Below are positions 1 through 12,323 of a stretch of DNA of 64,000 nt, piece by piece. Under the pieces are notes generated by a model. It did no database searches, was not told the DNA's origin, and saw only the letters and a program-made list of their open reading frames with translations. The position numbers and the translations under genes are program-made. Within the stretch, counting starts at the first letter, position 1; every line of letters begins with the position of its first letter. This DNA is from Eledone cirrhosa (lineage: Eukaryota): positions 286,006,001 to 286,070,000 of the forward strand of contig OZ024740.1 in assembly GCA_964016885.1 (NCBI GenBank). The letters run 5' to 3'.

Positions 1-1290
1 CCTTTTTTTTCCTTCTCCTCTCTCCACCTCCCTCTTTCTTTTCTCTCTTTCACTCATTACATTTATCTTTCTTCTCTCTCTACATCCCTCCTTTTCTCTC
101 TCACCATCCCTCCTTTTCTCTCTCACCCTTCTAAATCCTTTCAAACTGTTTCTCCTCTCATTCATATGCATCCCTCTCCTTCCTTCTCTTCGCATTCCAC
201 CTATCTTTTCACCTTCCCCTTTCTTCACCCTCTTTCCTCCTCACCCCTCTTCTCCATCTCTCCTCCCATCCTTCCCTCCCTCTCCAGTCTCCATCCTTTT
301 CTGTCTTACTTTATCTCTTCTCCTCCTCACTTCTCTCCTCTCACTCACTTCTCTCTCTCACTCACTTCTCTCTCTCACTCACTTCTCTCTCTCACTCACT
401 TCTCTCTCTCACTCACTCACTCTTCTCTCACTCACTCACTTTTCTCTCACTCACTCACTTTTCTCTCACTCACTTTTCTCTCACTCACTCCTCTCTCACT
501 CACTGCCTTCTCTCTCACTCCTCTCTCACTCCTCTCTCACTCACTCACTCACTCCCTCACTCACTCACTCACTCCCTCACTCACTCACTCTCTCCTCTCT
601 CACTCACTCCCTTCTCTCTCACTCACTCCCTTCTCTCTCACTCACTCCCTTCTCTCTCACTCACTCCCTTCTCTCTCACTCTTCTCCCTTCTCTCTCACT
701 CTTCTCCCTTCTCTCTCACTCTTCTCCCTTCTCTCTCACTCCTCTCTTCTCTTCTCACACTCTTCTCTTCTCACACTCTTCTCTTCACTCTTCTCTCTCT
801 CTCTTCACTCTTCTCTCTCTCTCTTCACTCTTCTCTCTCTCTTCACTCTTCTCTCTCTCTCTTCACTCTTCTCTCTCTCTCTCTCTTCACTCTTCTCTCT
901 CTCTCTCTTCACTCTTCTCTCTCTCTCTCTCTTCACTCTTCTCTCTCTCTCTCTCTTCACTCTTCTCTCTCTCTTCACTCTTTTCTCTCTCTCTTCACTC
1001 TTTTCTCTCTCTCTTCACTCTTTTCTCTCTCTCTTCACTCTTTTCTCTCTCTCTTCACTCTTTTCTCTCTCTCTTCACTCTTTTCTCTCTCTCTTCTCTC
1101 TCTCTTCACTCTTCTCTCTCTCTCTCTTCACTCTTCTCTCTCTCTCTCTTCACTCTTCTCTCTCTCTCTCTTCACTCTTCTCTCTCTCTCTCTTCACTCT
1201 TCTCTCTCTTTTCACTCTTCTCTCTCTCTCTCTCTCTCTCTTTTCACTCTTCTCTCTCTCTTCACTCTCTCTTCACTCTTCACTCTCTTT
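1..1290. repeat. Polypyrimidine (CT-rich) low-complexity tract grading from irregular CT to (CTCA)n to ~20-bp CTCTTCACTCTT(CT)n units
   Basis: Almost G-free + strand with visible tandem CTCTTCACTCTT motifs from ~760 to 1290; produces the spurious S/L/H/F ORF 166-1341. Confidence 0.95.
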
Positions 1291-2790
1291 GTGTGTGTGT
1301 ATTTTGTGTTGTGTATCTGCTCTTATGTTTCTTTGAAGTAGGTATTTCCACGAGAGTTCAGTGTTTAAATCAAGGAAATGACTCTTGTTCAGGGAATATT
1401 GTCTATTGGCTGCACCAATAATGAGTCAAACGGAAGGAACATGAAGTGTCTTGACAGAGAAAGCATACTTTTCTATTTTATCTTGGATATAAGCAGGCTC
1501 TTCATGATGTGTGCTTGCTCAAGCTGTTGTTCTAGGATGGTCAAAACTTGTACCAGGCTACAAAAGTTACTCGTTTGATGGGAAAATATTAATGCAAACT
1601 ACATTTTAAAAAGCGATAAACATTTGCATATTCCAATATATAATAATTTATCTAGGATTTCTTAACTTCAAGCTTCATAATTCACAATAAGATGATGTAT
1701 ATATATATGCAATGGAGTTCTTAAAGTGTTTTGATGATAACTTTTTAGCTGTAAGCATCTGCTTAACTAAAGCAATGCACAGCCACTTAGTGCTTTACTG
1801 ATGATTTACTTTAACAAAAGAAATATTTTGACCACTGTTTTTGTGACCTATTTGGAGCAACAAGGATAATAGATTTGAAGGTAGTTTTTATAGATGTAAA
1901 CATTTTATTTTAAACAATGACTGGTAAGTAAGTCGTGTGTTGTTTATACTTAAATTTGTTCAATTCTCATGGCCATATGTTATTATTATGTTAGAATTTT
2001 GTAACCAAGTTTTCATCATTATATCCTTTAAAATATATATAATGAGGATATATTTTAGAGCAGTTTTCTAAATTAGGGTCATTAATCAATTTTGGTAATA
2101 ATCATTTTATAATTGCAAATTTGTCTAGTATTATTTGTGTGGAGTTTTCTTTTCACCACTCCCCTGTTTTTGCTAAGGAAAAACAGTTGGGTGACTGAAG
2201 TATATACATCATTCCACATCCTCTTACTAGATTTACAGAAATGTTTTCTTAGATAGCAATCAAATATTTCATACAGAAAATTTATACATTCCCACCATTA
2301 TTAGTCTTGTTTTTAACATAAAGATAATACTGTGATTGAAGTATAAACAAGCATCACCATTTTCAAGGAAATTAAAATTTCAGCTTCTAAAACATTTGTT
2401 TAATGTTGACACCATTATATTAGTTTTCTTTTAATCTAGAAAACCGTTTGAAGATTTTAGTCTTTAAGCAGTTGGTGAAAAAAGCAAATTGAATCTACCG
2501 GAATTATTTTGTCTATTCTCATATCAGGCAGGTAGTTAGAATAGTTGTTAAAGTGCCAGATAGAATGCTTTGCAGTATTTGTTCTGGTTGTTTGCATTCT
2601 GGGTTCAATTTCTTCTCACGTCAGCTTTGCCTTTCATCCTTTCAGGGTTGATAAAATAAGGTACTAGTCTAGTGTGGAGGATTGATGGAATAGGTGAGGG
2701 CACCAGGCGAGTTGTTTTGTAGTGTTTTGCATTCTAAGTTCAAATCAAACTGTGGCCTACTTGGGTGGTAGACTTAATCTGTCACCCAGT

Positions 2791-3015
2791 TTAACCCTTT
2801 AGCATTTACATTACTCTATTTATACTATTGTATTTTTATGGAAAACACTTTTACATAATTATCTCACATAATATCATATCTGCAAGATCTTGATATTATT
2901 TATTTTGAGAACAATACCTTAACATAAGTATGAGCAGCCAATTACAGCTGGTTTGAACAGAAAAAGGTGAGAGAATTCTGGCCGGATATGGCCAGTTTAA
3001 ATGCTAAAGGGTTAA
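2791..3015. mobile_element. piggyBac-like MITE (family A)
   Basis: TTAA|CCCTTTAGCATTTA ... TAAATGCTAAAGGG|TTAA: terminal inverted repeats starting CCC with a TTAA target duplication; homologous copies at 22267 and 61861. Confidence 0.85.
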
Positions 3016-3894
3016 CATCACCATCTGGCCTTTGGGTACCATTTAGCTGAGTCTAGTCTGTTGTAAGCATTCGAACTAGCTCCTCAGTTTGAAGATGAAT
3101 TTCTCCCTCTCACCTATCTCGGAGGCCTTGAAATGGGTAATGGGAACTGCCCTTCTCTCCCTGACTAAACAGCAATTAGAAAAAATATTTCATTTTTACT
3201 GATTCTCGATTATTTTCACACTTACTTTGAAAAAAGTTAATATTGTTATGAATACACACTTTGTTTATATTTTTAACATTTGCAGATATTTGTAAATGTT
3301 TACTATTTCTAAATAGTTATAAACCCTAAAGTTAAATCCTGCATATATGTTATTATTTATCTAATGTTATGTATGCAACCTCAGGCTGTTATTGTTGTTG
3401 TTCAGAATTATCACCAAACGAATTCCTGCCATGACCACCACACTTTATGATATCCAGGACTAAGTTATCTAAGAAGTTCTTTACATTTTTAAAGATAAGG
3501 TGCAATTTGAGGGGGGTTTAGCTGCTTTTTCTCAGAAGGCTGAGTGACTGTGTGGGGCTTCCTTGTTGGCTCATCAGTGCCCTCCTCTTTTTTAAAACTG
3601 TTTTAGGGCCCCCAAGACTATTCAGAGGGGAGGAAGGTATACTTAGACTGGAGACCTGACCCAAATTCTTGCAAGAGGGTAGACTTTGCTAAAGGCATCT
3701 GCTAACTATGTGGTGGTGTTAAACTAAGAAGCAAATTAAGTCTGCCGCCTAAATAGGCCACAACAGGATTTGAATTTAGGACACAAAATGTTGGAATAAA
3801 TACTGCAAAACATCCTGTCTGATACCCTAACAGTTTTGCCAATCTTTTGTCCTGGACTGGTACTTTATTTTATGTTTATTGTTGTAAAGTGATA

Positions 3895-4250
3895 GTGTTG
3901 GTGCCACAATAAAATGTACCCAGCCTATTCTGTTAAGTGGTAGTGCTTGTGCTCATTAAAATACACTTGTCCCACTCTGTAAAGAGGTAGTGTTTGTGCT
4001 CATTAAAATGCACCCAGCCCATGCTGTTAGGTGCTAGTCTTAGTGTCATGCTAAAAAGCACCCAGTCTATCCTGTATGGGGGTAGTATTGGGGCCATGAT
4101 AAAACGCATCCAATACACTCGCTAAAGTGTTTTACATTAGGAAGACATTGACCTATAAGCAAAACAGTCATCTGACCAGTCTGGTCTCAGAATGCGACAA
4201 TCTGTCTAACCCATGCAAGCATGGATAAAATACTTAAAATGGTGATGATG
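3895..4250 (+). mobile_element. SINE 3' part with about 5 tandem copies of a ~47-bp internal module
   Basis: Repeated GTGC...AAAATGCACCCAG...CTGT module at ~3901, 3949, 3996, 4043 and 4091, then a degenerate TTAGGAAG...AACCCATGCAAGCATGG...(GAT)n tail. Confidence 0.7.
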
Positions 4251-4727
4251 ATAACAAGTTGGTAATTATTTAAAAGTTAATAAATTTTAAAAGCATCTGT
4301 AGATGAGACCACTCTGTTTAAGTCCATATTATTTTAAATCAATACTATCCACCTGTCATACCCTGTTCTTCACATTCATATTCCTTTTCAATTATTTTCT
4401 TCTAACCAATGAATGTCTATTCCTTATACGTCATTGCTTCAATAATTTCCTATTTTCATATTTCATTTAGTGTTTGTGTATGTATGTATCTATTTATGCT
4501 GATTGCCAGGGGCTGGGGAAGTATATATATATATATATGTGTGTGTGTGTTAGTTAAATGTGTAACTACAGTTACAGGCAGTGCACTGTTCAAAGCACTC
4601 AATGCTGTTATGAGATCCGTCTTGTGTTGGGTTGTATTCCAGAGTTAAGGTGGCTGTAGTGTGCAGAGAAAGAATGAAAGTAAGTAGGATCAAAATCACT
4701 GTTGCAGCATATATATCAACTTTATTG

Positions 4728-4816
4728 GCATATTACAGTTGTTTCAATATCGATCAGCTCAGGGTACAATCATAATGACCAGGCTTGATTCTTCCTCAAC
4801 ATCTCATTAGATATGC
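4728..4816 (-). ncRNA. Minimal type I hammerhead ribozyme-like motif (G5A core variant), antisense copy
   Basis: GCAUAU-CUAAUGA-GAUGUUGA[loop]UCGAUAUU-GAAAC-AACU-GUA-AUAUGC: perfect 6-bp stem I, 8-bp stem II, 2-bp stem III, GUA triplet. Confidence 0.65.
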
Positions 4817-4828
4817 GAGTTTATATAT

Positions 4829-4918
4829 GCATACCTAATGAGATGTTGAGGAAGAGTTAGGCCCCGGTCATTATGATTGTACCCTGAGCTGATTGATATT
4901 GAAACAACTGTAATATGC
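4829..4918 (+). ncRNA. Minimal type I hammerhead ribozyme-like motif (G5A core variant), sense copy
   Basis: GCATAC 4829, CTAATGA 4835-4841, stem II GATGTTGA/TTGATATT, GAAAC 4901-4905, GTA 4910-4912, ATATGC 4913-4918, AATAAA 4920. Confidence 0.6.
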
Positions 4919-5239
4919 CAATAAAGTTGATATATATGCTGCAACAGTGTTTTTGATCCTACTTACTTTTATATACATAAAAAAAAAGATTCACTCCTTG
5001 GATCATCAGACAAGACTGATCCTGTGAGTTTGCAGATGAAACCCCAGAATAACAAGTCTCACCACTTAACCATAATAAATGAATATTTAAACTCTACTTT
5101 AGTGCTAAGTTCTCATTTTTACAAACGTCAATAACTCATGGATATATCATCATCATCAATTTACACCCACTTTTCCCTGCTTGCAAGGATGTGATATATG
5201 TATATATATATACACACACACACACCACACATGCTTATC

Positions 5240-5401
5240 ATTATTATTTGACGCATAGAGTCACGGCCCTTGCCATTCTGAGTTCGAATCCCGCCGAGGT
5301 TAACTTTGCCTTTCATCCTTATGGGGTCGATAAAATAAAGTACCAGTAATGCACTGGGTAATTGCTGGCCTTGTGACAAAAAGTAGAAACAATTATTATT
5401 T
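5240..5401 (+). mobile_element. SINE family B, 5'-truncated
   Basis: B-box-like GAGTTCGAATCCC, core TTTGCCTTTCATCC...GTCGATAAAATAAAGTACCAGT and (ATT)n tail; homologous to 12127-12323. Confidence 0.8.
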
Positions 5402-6264
5402 AACATCAATTTTCCCTGCTAGCAGGCCATGGATGGATTGTCACAAGCCAAGTCAGTTTTTAGTCTGAGCCACTGACCTCTCAAACAGGCCAGGGGGTCA
5501 CATCTTGCTTATATACGCTACCCCTCCCCCCATATTACAGGGTGAACTGAATGCATTTTATTATACTGCCAGCACTAGTGTTGTGATCATGTCTTTCATA
5601 CAACTGAAGAGTCCTCAACCTTCCAATCAATAGCCACTTTGCAGAGTGTACTCTGTGCAATTTATCATGGCACCAAATCTAGAGAGGTTGCCATGCCCCT
5701 TGACACAACTGAAAATTCCTCTCAATCCTTTTTTTGGTATGATTTCTATAGCTGGATTCTCTTCCTATCATCAACCACTTTTTAGGGTGTGCTTGGTGCA
5801 CTTTTCATGGAACCAGAAAGTTTAAATATAAAAAGACACTTCTGTCCACTTTATTTCAACTCAAGGGGTTTATCATGAATTGCTATTATTATAGTGACAT
5901 CTACATTTCAAACTTTCCCAAAGTTTCTTAAGCCAACAGCTCTTTACAGGTGTACATGCATAACCCCCACTACCACCACACACATGTGCATGGCAGATTT
6001 TCAGATTGAATGTGTTGCAGTATTCATTCTGGATCTCTGCACTAAATTCAAAACCCATTGCTGTCAATAAAAAGTACCAGTACCTGGGTCAATTTTTCCT
6101 CTACATCTCTTTCTCACTTTCTCTGGAAGAAATCGGCTCTGTTCAGACCTGGATGGGGATGGGCTCCGCCAGGTTTAAAGTGCCCAAGACATGCTGTATG
6201 CCACTACAACACTCTTACAACTACATTAGGAGTTACGGATCCACACATACACACAAACATACAT

Positions 6265-6515
6265 ATCATCATCATCATCATCATTTTACGTCTGCTTTTC
6301 CCTGCTTGCAAGGGTGGGACGGGTCTTATTCAGCACAGCATCTCCCCACTTGTCACGGTCCTTCGTCATCTCCACCGTGAGCTTCAGCAATCTGAGGCCT
6401 GTTCTCACCACCCCCGCCCATGTTTTTCGTGGTCTACCTCTACCACCTCTTCCTTCAACTGGCATTTCCTGGCACTTCTTCACCCATCGGTCATCCTCCA
6501 TGCGCATCACATGTC
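6265..6515 (-). mobile_element. RTE-type LINE 3' fragment
   Basis: Minus-strand peptide MRMEDDRWVKKC...VEGRGGRGRPRKTW, a typical LINE C-terminal motif, followed by the CTTGCAAGCAGGGAAAAGCAGACGTAAAA(TGA)n tail. Confidence 0.85.
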
Positions 6516-6713
6516 CATATATATATTATGTATGAGAGAACTGTTTCACTTTTAAATGTTTTTACTGGATATTAAACATTACATGTTTCACAGATAATTT
6601 ATGAATATGATAAACCTGACTCCAGTATTAATCTGCTCTTCAGATGTGTATTCAATCAAAATATTGAGTATACACTGAGTAACACACAGATATATATATA
6701 TATATATATATAT

Positions 6714-6841
6714 AAGGGTAAAAGCCCAACCACGACACCTAGTGGTTTCAGCTTCAATTCGGCAGGCTTTATGAGGGTGTCATGAAAAGCTTACCGAGTA
6801 GAAGCCGAAACCACTAGGCATCGCAGTCAGTTTTCTACCTT
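6714..6841. repeat. Degenerate inverted repeat with ~60-bp arms
   Basis: CCTAGTGGTTTCAGCTTC pairs with GAAGCCGAAACCACTAGG; the flanks extend the pairing. Confidence 0.75.
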
Positions 6842-7382
6842 CCTTTGTACTCACTCTGCTTCTTCCCATGCACAGAGTACAACCCTGATTTGTGTTCTCC
6901 TGAGTCTCAGCACTGCAGACTATATAATGCATGTATCTATGTATATGAAATTTATATGCTTTCATAGGTTACATTAGATTTGTCCTACTATAGGTGTCAA
7001 CCCTATTCAATTTAAGAGGAAATGCATAACTAGTGAATTTTAGTTTTGAATAATTTATTAACTGTTACAGAAATAGAACGCCCAAAGTTATGTGCTTATG
7101 GCATTTGTCTGTCGGCTAATTATGTTGACTGACATATTTATCTATTGTTATTAATTAAAACCATTTTCAATTATAGACTCTTTTCAAAGATAGTCCACAT
7201 TGCTGAAGGTTTACACATGTTTACAATATTTTAATTAGTTGTTGATTTTCAATTGGATAAATAGTACTCTTGAAATGGCCTAAATGTTTTGCTACTTATA
7301 ATCTTGTGTGTGTGTGTGTAAATGGCCTAAATATATAGCCACTTATAATCTTGTGTGTGCATAATATATATATATGTATCAC

Positions 7383-7586
7383 CATCATCATCGTTTAACG
7401 TCATCTTCCACAATAGCATGGGTTTAGATGGGAATTGTCCCACTTGAGGCAAGATTGGTCGTCTCGCTCGTATGGGACTGTCTGGCAGGTTTTCTACGGC
7501 TGGATGCCCTTCCTAACACCAACCATATCGTCTAACCCATGCTAGTGTGGAAGAATGGACGTAAAACGGTGATGATGATGATGATG
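7383..7586 (-). mobile_element. SINE 3' fragment (minus) fused to an oppositely oriented second tail
   Basis: 7383-7525 is the reverse complement of 9232-9380; 7530-7586 is a plus-strand TCTAACCCATGCTAG...GGACGTAAAAC(GAT)n tail. Confidence 0.8.
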
Positions 7587-7864
7587 TGTGTGGAAATATA
7601 TTTGCGTATGTAGATGCATTTGAATTTGAAATGCAATCTTTCCAATACAGAAATCTCTATAAATAATAGTTGAAAAATTGGGGTAAAATGCCCCAGAAGA
7701 TTGAAAAAACTTGACAGAGGCACCAGTGTGGACTTTTCCATCTCCAGGGGTATTTCACCCAATTTCTTCAGCTATTAGTTATAGTATCAACTATTATCAT
7801 GGTCATTTCCGCATTGAGATGACTACATTTCAACTTTCAAATTTCCTCAATGCTGAGGAAGAAG

Positions 7865-8142
7865 CTGGATTTAAGAGGAATCTGAGGTGGTGTGCAGGAG
7901 AGAAGACTGCATTGGTTTGGACAGGTGATGCGTATGGACAATGACTGCTGGGTGAAGAAATGCCAGGAAATTCCAGTGGAAGAAATATCTGGGCAGAGGT
8001 TGTGGGAGCTGCCCTCAAATCTCTAAGACTGGCAGAGGAGATGACAAAGGAACGTGACAAGTAGTGAGCTGCTGTGCTGAGAAGGACCTGTCCAACCTAT
8101 GCAAGCATGGAAAAACGGACATAGAAATGATGATGATGATGA
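7865..8142 (+). mobile_element. RTE-type LINE 3' fragment
   Basis: Homologous to 6265-6515 and 14160-14452 (GTGAAGAAATGCCAGGAAATT...GCATGGAAAAACGGACATAGAAA(TGA)n). Confidence 0.8.
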
Positions 8143-8605
8143 TATATGTATACTGGCTGTGTTTAAAATAGGTGCAGTGTATCCCTGCATAGTGTATGAA
8201 GTAACTAAAAGAATTGGCGTCAGGAAGGGCATCTGGCTAGAAACATTGCCTCAAAATGTCTCCTCTACCTCATGCCAGCATGGAAAAGTCAACATAATGA
8301 TGATGATGATATATATATATGTAAACATGGTTGGTGTTAGGAAGGGCATTCAGGTGTAAAAGTCCCAGCTAAAATAGTCCTGTTTGAGCAAAGTATGACG
8401 CAGCCAACTGGCCAGACTTTTCTTATATCGTGGCTGACCCATCTAACCTATGCAAGCATTGAAATATACATTCAATGGTGGTGGTGATATATATATATTT
8501 ATATGGTCATTTTATTAAGGCTAAATAGTTAGTCTATTTAGCCTTATTAAAATGAATATTTAAACTCTACTTTGGTATTGAGTATTCTTTTCTGTCGTCA
8601 ACTAC

Positions 8606-8652
<47 letters not shown>

Positions 8653-9164
8653 AATATAAAGAAATTGTCAAGCTATAAGTCAAAACATCCTGGTGTAAAT
8701 ATCAAAATAAACAATGAACAATGGATGCATTTTGAAATGGCTCTACAACCATATGCTTAACATTACTTGTCCATGTTAAAAAAAAATATATACAGAAACA
8801 TTGATATACAAAATTTGAAGTTTGTCTTTTACTGCCACTGTTCTATCAATGTTCCTCTAGCCTTTGTGTTGTTTTTAGTTTGGTATTTGCAGAATGAGGG
8901 AGTTTGATACCACAACTCTGCTGTACATCCCCTGCTATAATGTGGGTGTATCATGGATTTATATACCAGAATGTCTAAGTTTCATTTTATCCCTTTTGTG
9001 ACTGTATTTCTCATTAATTAATCTTCTGGACACACCAGGCGCATTATGTTGCCAATAGAGTAATCTCCTCTTAATTCATAATGCAGTGTCAAAGGAAGCA
9101 ATTCATAAAAATTTCTAGCATGCTAAAGGTTAATGAAAAAGGTTGAATGATTTACTAAAATTAA

Positions 9165-9380
9165 AACAGTCCACCCTGTAATGTGGCCATGCAGGTAACA
9201 CGGTAAAAACCTCCCAGTCCACACTGTAAATGTGGTTGGTGTTAGGAAGGGCATCCAGCCGTAGAAAACCTGCCAGACAGTCCTTTATGAGCAAGACAAC
9301 CAATCTTGCCTCACGTGGGACAATTCCCATCTAAACCCATGCTAGCGTGGAAGATAGACGTTAAACGATGATGATGATGA
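9165..9380 (+). mobile_element. SINE 3' half
   Basis: GGTGTTAGGAAGGGCATCCAGCCGTAGAAA...ACCCATGCTAGCGTGGAAGATAGACGTTAAAC(GAT)n. Confidence 0.85.
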
Positions 9381-12126
9381 ATGATTATTTCATTACTAAG
9401 ATAGTAACATAGTGTTTGGTTCTTATATAAAATTATGTTGAAAGATTTTAATTTACATAGGAATCTTTTAAAATGAGAGGTTTTGTATCATAGAACCAGA
9501 ACTGGTTTTGGCGGGTTGATATATTAATCATTATAATCTCCACATTTATTTCTCAGATTGCAATCTCTCTTGACCCTGTGTATTCAGGCTGCAATGTGTT
9601 CGAGAACAGATAGATAAATGCTTAAAACTTGAACTTGAAACTGGAGTTTCAAATTATATAGTGTTTTCATCATTCCACTTTATAAAATGGAATCAAGATC
9701 CTTCTATGGATTTTTGATTGGCTTTCATCGTCATTTTACATTCATTTTCCCATGTGTGCATGTGTTGGATGGGTCTTTTCCAGCACAGCCTCATTGCTGC
9801 CCTTTATAATCTTTGTGAAGTTCAGTATTTTGAGATTGGCTCTCACCACTATTGCCCAATTCTTCCTCAGTCTTCCACTGCTTCAGCTTCCTTCTAATGA
9901 GATCTCTTGGCACTTGTTCACCCGAGGATGATCTTCTGTACACATCACTTATCCATATCAATACAATTTTCATTGTTGTACATATCTGATTACTCTTATG
10001 CTCAGTTTTTCTCTCAGCTCATCTATACACACTATTATTACACATCCACCAGAGCATACCCAAATTGTTTCTCTGTCCGGTCTTCATATATCCTCTGTAT
10101 TTGCTTACCTTTCATATTGCTTTTCATGATAGTACTAGGAACCTTGTCATTAAACCACTTGAGAAACCTATAAGATGTAACCTCAAAAGAGGCCAGCTAA
10201 ACCTGCATAGGTATCAGCTGAAGAAATTCCTTTCCTTTTTCATTCCATGATTTGAGGTATCTGGTAGGATATATGTTGTACATATTATGTTGAGTTATTT
10301 CATATGTTCTGTTAGTGTTTGGCAGTAGAACTCACGTTTTGAAATCTTTATTGATCTATAAGAAAACTCCACTCTCATTTCTATCTTTGTTGTCAGTAAT
10401 GCTTTGATTTCTGTAGTCCTGTATATGATATGTTTGCTAATAGCTTACATTTCTGAAATAGCCATATCCTGGTAGCTCTTGGAAACATTACTCCTGTTAA
10501 AAATAAACAGTCAATGAACATCTGTTGGGTTCAACGATGAGTATTCCAGCTGTTTAATCAACAAACCAACTTACTCATTAAGTTAACATGCATGTGACTG
10601 AGTAGCCCTCACAGATGTGTACTCATAACATAATTCTCAGTGAGAATCAATGTGACATATTGTGTGACAAGGCTGGCCCTTTGTATTACAAGTACAGTCC
10701 ATGATGAAAGACATTTGCCCAAAATGCTGACAGTGGGATTGTACCAAGAACCTTATGGTTGTCAAGTGAGCTTCTTGACCATTCAGTCATATTGGATCCA
10801 TAGTTACTCAAGTTAATCAGTTGTAGAAGCCCTTTCACATTTAATTATAGAATTCTTGATATTATAAAAAAGGTACATTCTGGTTTTATTATATTTTGGA
10901 CTGAGGATCATAAGGTCAAGAATTCTATACCTGAACTGGGTGGTGCATTGTGTTCTTGAGCAAAACATGTTGCTTTTCTTGATAGAACTGAGACTTCTAT
11001 CATTAAAACAACCCCCAAAACTCCTTTGAGATGCAACCTCATAGGAGACTAACTGAACCTGCATAGATGGGAGCTGTAAATTTAATTTCATTTTTATGAC
11101 TTTTGTTAGTGTGAACAGTAGCAGCTTTGTGTGTGCTGTAGCCAGGTCACTTGCTATTGTTGTTGCCAGATTTTAAAATGTTTATTTTTTTTTTATTGTT
11201 CTGTTTGATTTTTTATGAGAACAAACCAATTGTACCATGTGTGTACTTTTACCTCAAACCTGTCTACTTTTGCCATTGACACTTTGAAGAAGTGCCTGTC
11301 TGTGTTGAAGCTTTCTCAACTCTTAAACAGACCCCCCCCCCCTCCCTAATTCTAAGATATAAAATTGTTTTATTCTAACGTGTCCATATTTATCTACAAA
11401 AACATCCACCATAACTTAAACTTATACTCACATAATAATCTGAAAATTTTACTAATTCTATATAAATTCTTGATTATTTTTTTAAATGATTTGAAAATTA
11501 TAGGCAGAAATATGATGTATATATTTATCTAAAAACCATCCACTACAATTAATTGTATGTAAGAACTTTTAAATTATGCTTCCAAACACCAGCTTGCTTA
11601 ATAATCATAAAGTTAGTTATATTACTAAAACTTAACAAATTCTTGCTTATTTTCAAAACAATTTGAAAATTATAGACAGTATCTTTCATTGGAAATATAA
11701 TAATGAAAGTATTAGGTCTTTGGGGGGGGATTTAGTGATAATTTATCCATTTCATAACCATTGGGATGAATTAAATGGTAGTTTATTTATTGAACAATGA
11801 TTTACTGTAGGTGATTGACGTTCTACCATTTGTTTTGTTAATTGTTGTTTTGTCTTTATGTTCTCTTGATGGTAGTGGTGGTTTGATTGTTGTTATGGAT
11901 ATATAAAAATGGAAAAAATGAAATTTCATTTCTCACTCTTAGTACAGCTGATACATACTTACATTTATATATATATACACACACATTTAAGTTTGGTGGT
12001 TCACCACTGGATAGAACTGGTCATTCCGTATACCCAACCATGATGTAATATAAGGAAAAGCACTCAACATTATGCAATCATCTATCTTTGATGTTGAATC
12101 TTGTTGGTGGTGTGAGAACGGAGTTA

Positions 12127-12323
12127 ATTATTATTGATTGGCAGTATCGGTAGAGAGTCGGACGCCATGCTTTCCAGCATAGTTACGTCCCTTTACGATC
12201 TGAGTTCAAATCCCGCCGAGGTTGACTTTGCCTTTCATCCTTACGGGGTCGATAAAATAAAGTACCAGTAATGCACTGGGTAATTGCTGGCCTTGTGCCT
12301 AAAGTAGAAACCATTATTATTGA
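12127..12323 (+). mobile_element. SINE family B with apparent TSD ATTATTATTGA
   Basis: A-box-like TGGCAGTATCGG, B-box GAGTTCAAATCCC, shared core and (ATT)n tail; 11-bp direct repeat at 12127-12137 and 12313-12323. Confidence 0.85.

Larger units (their letters stand above)
4677..4969. mobile_element. Inverted duplication (~140-bp arms, 12-nt loop) of a probable Penelope-like element terminal repeat
   Basis: 4677-4816 is the reverse complement of 4829-4969 with few mismatches; each arm carries a type I hammerhead-like motif followed by AATAAA. Confidence 0.75.

Noticed and set aside
166-1341. 391-aa S/L/H/F ORF
   Set aside because: Artefact of a CT-rich tract that cannot readily form stop codons
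3545-3585. Minus-strand CTGATGAGCCAACAAGG hammerhead-like start
   Set aside because: No GAAA after the putative stem II and no stem I/III closure
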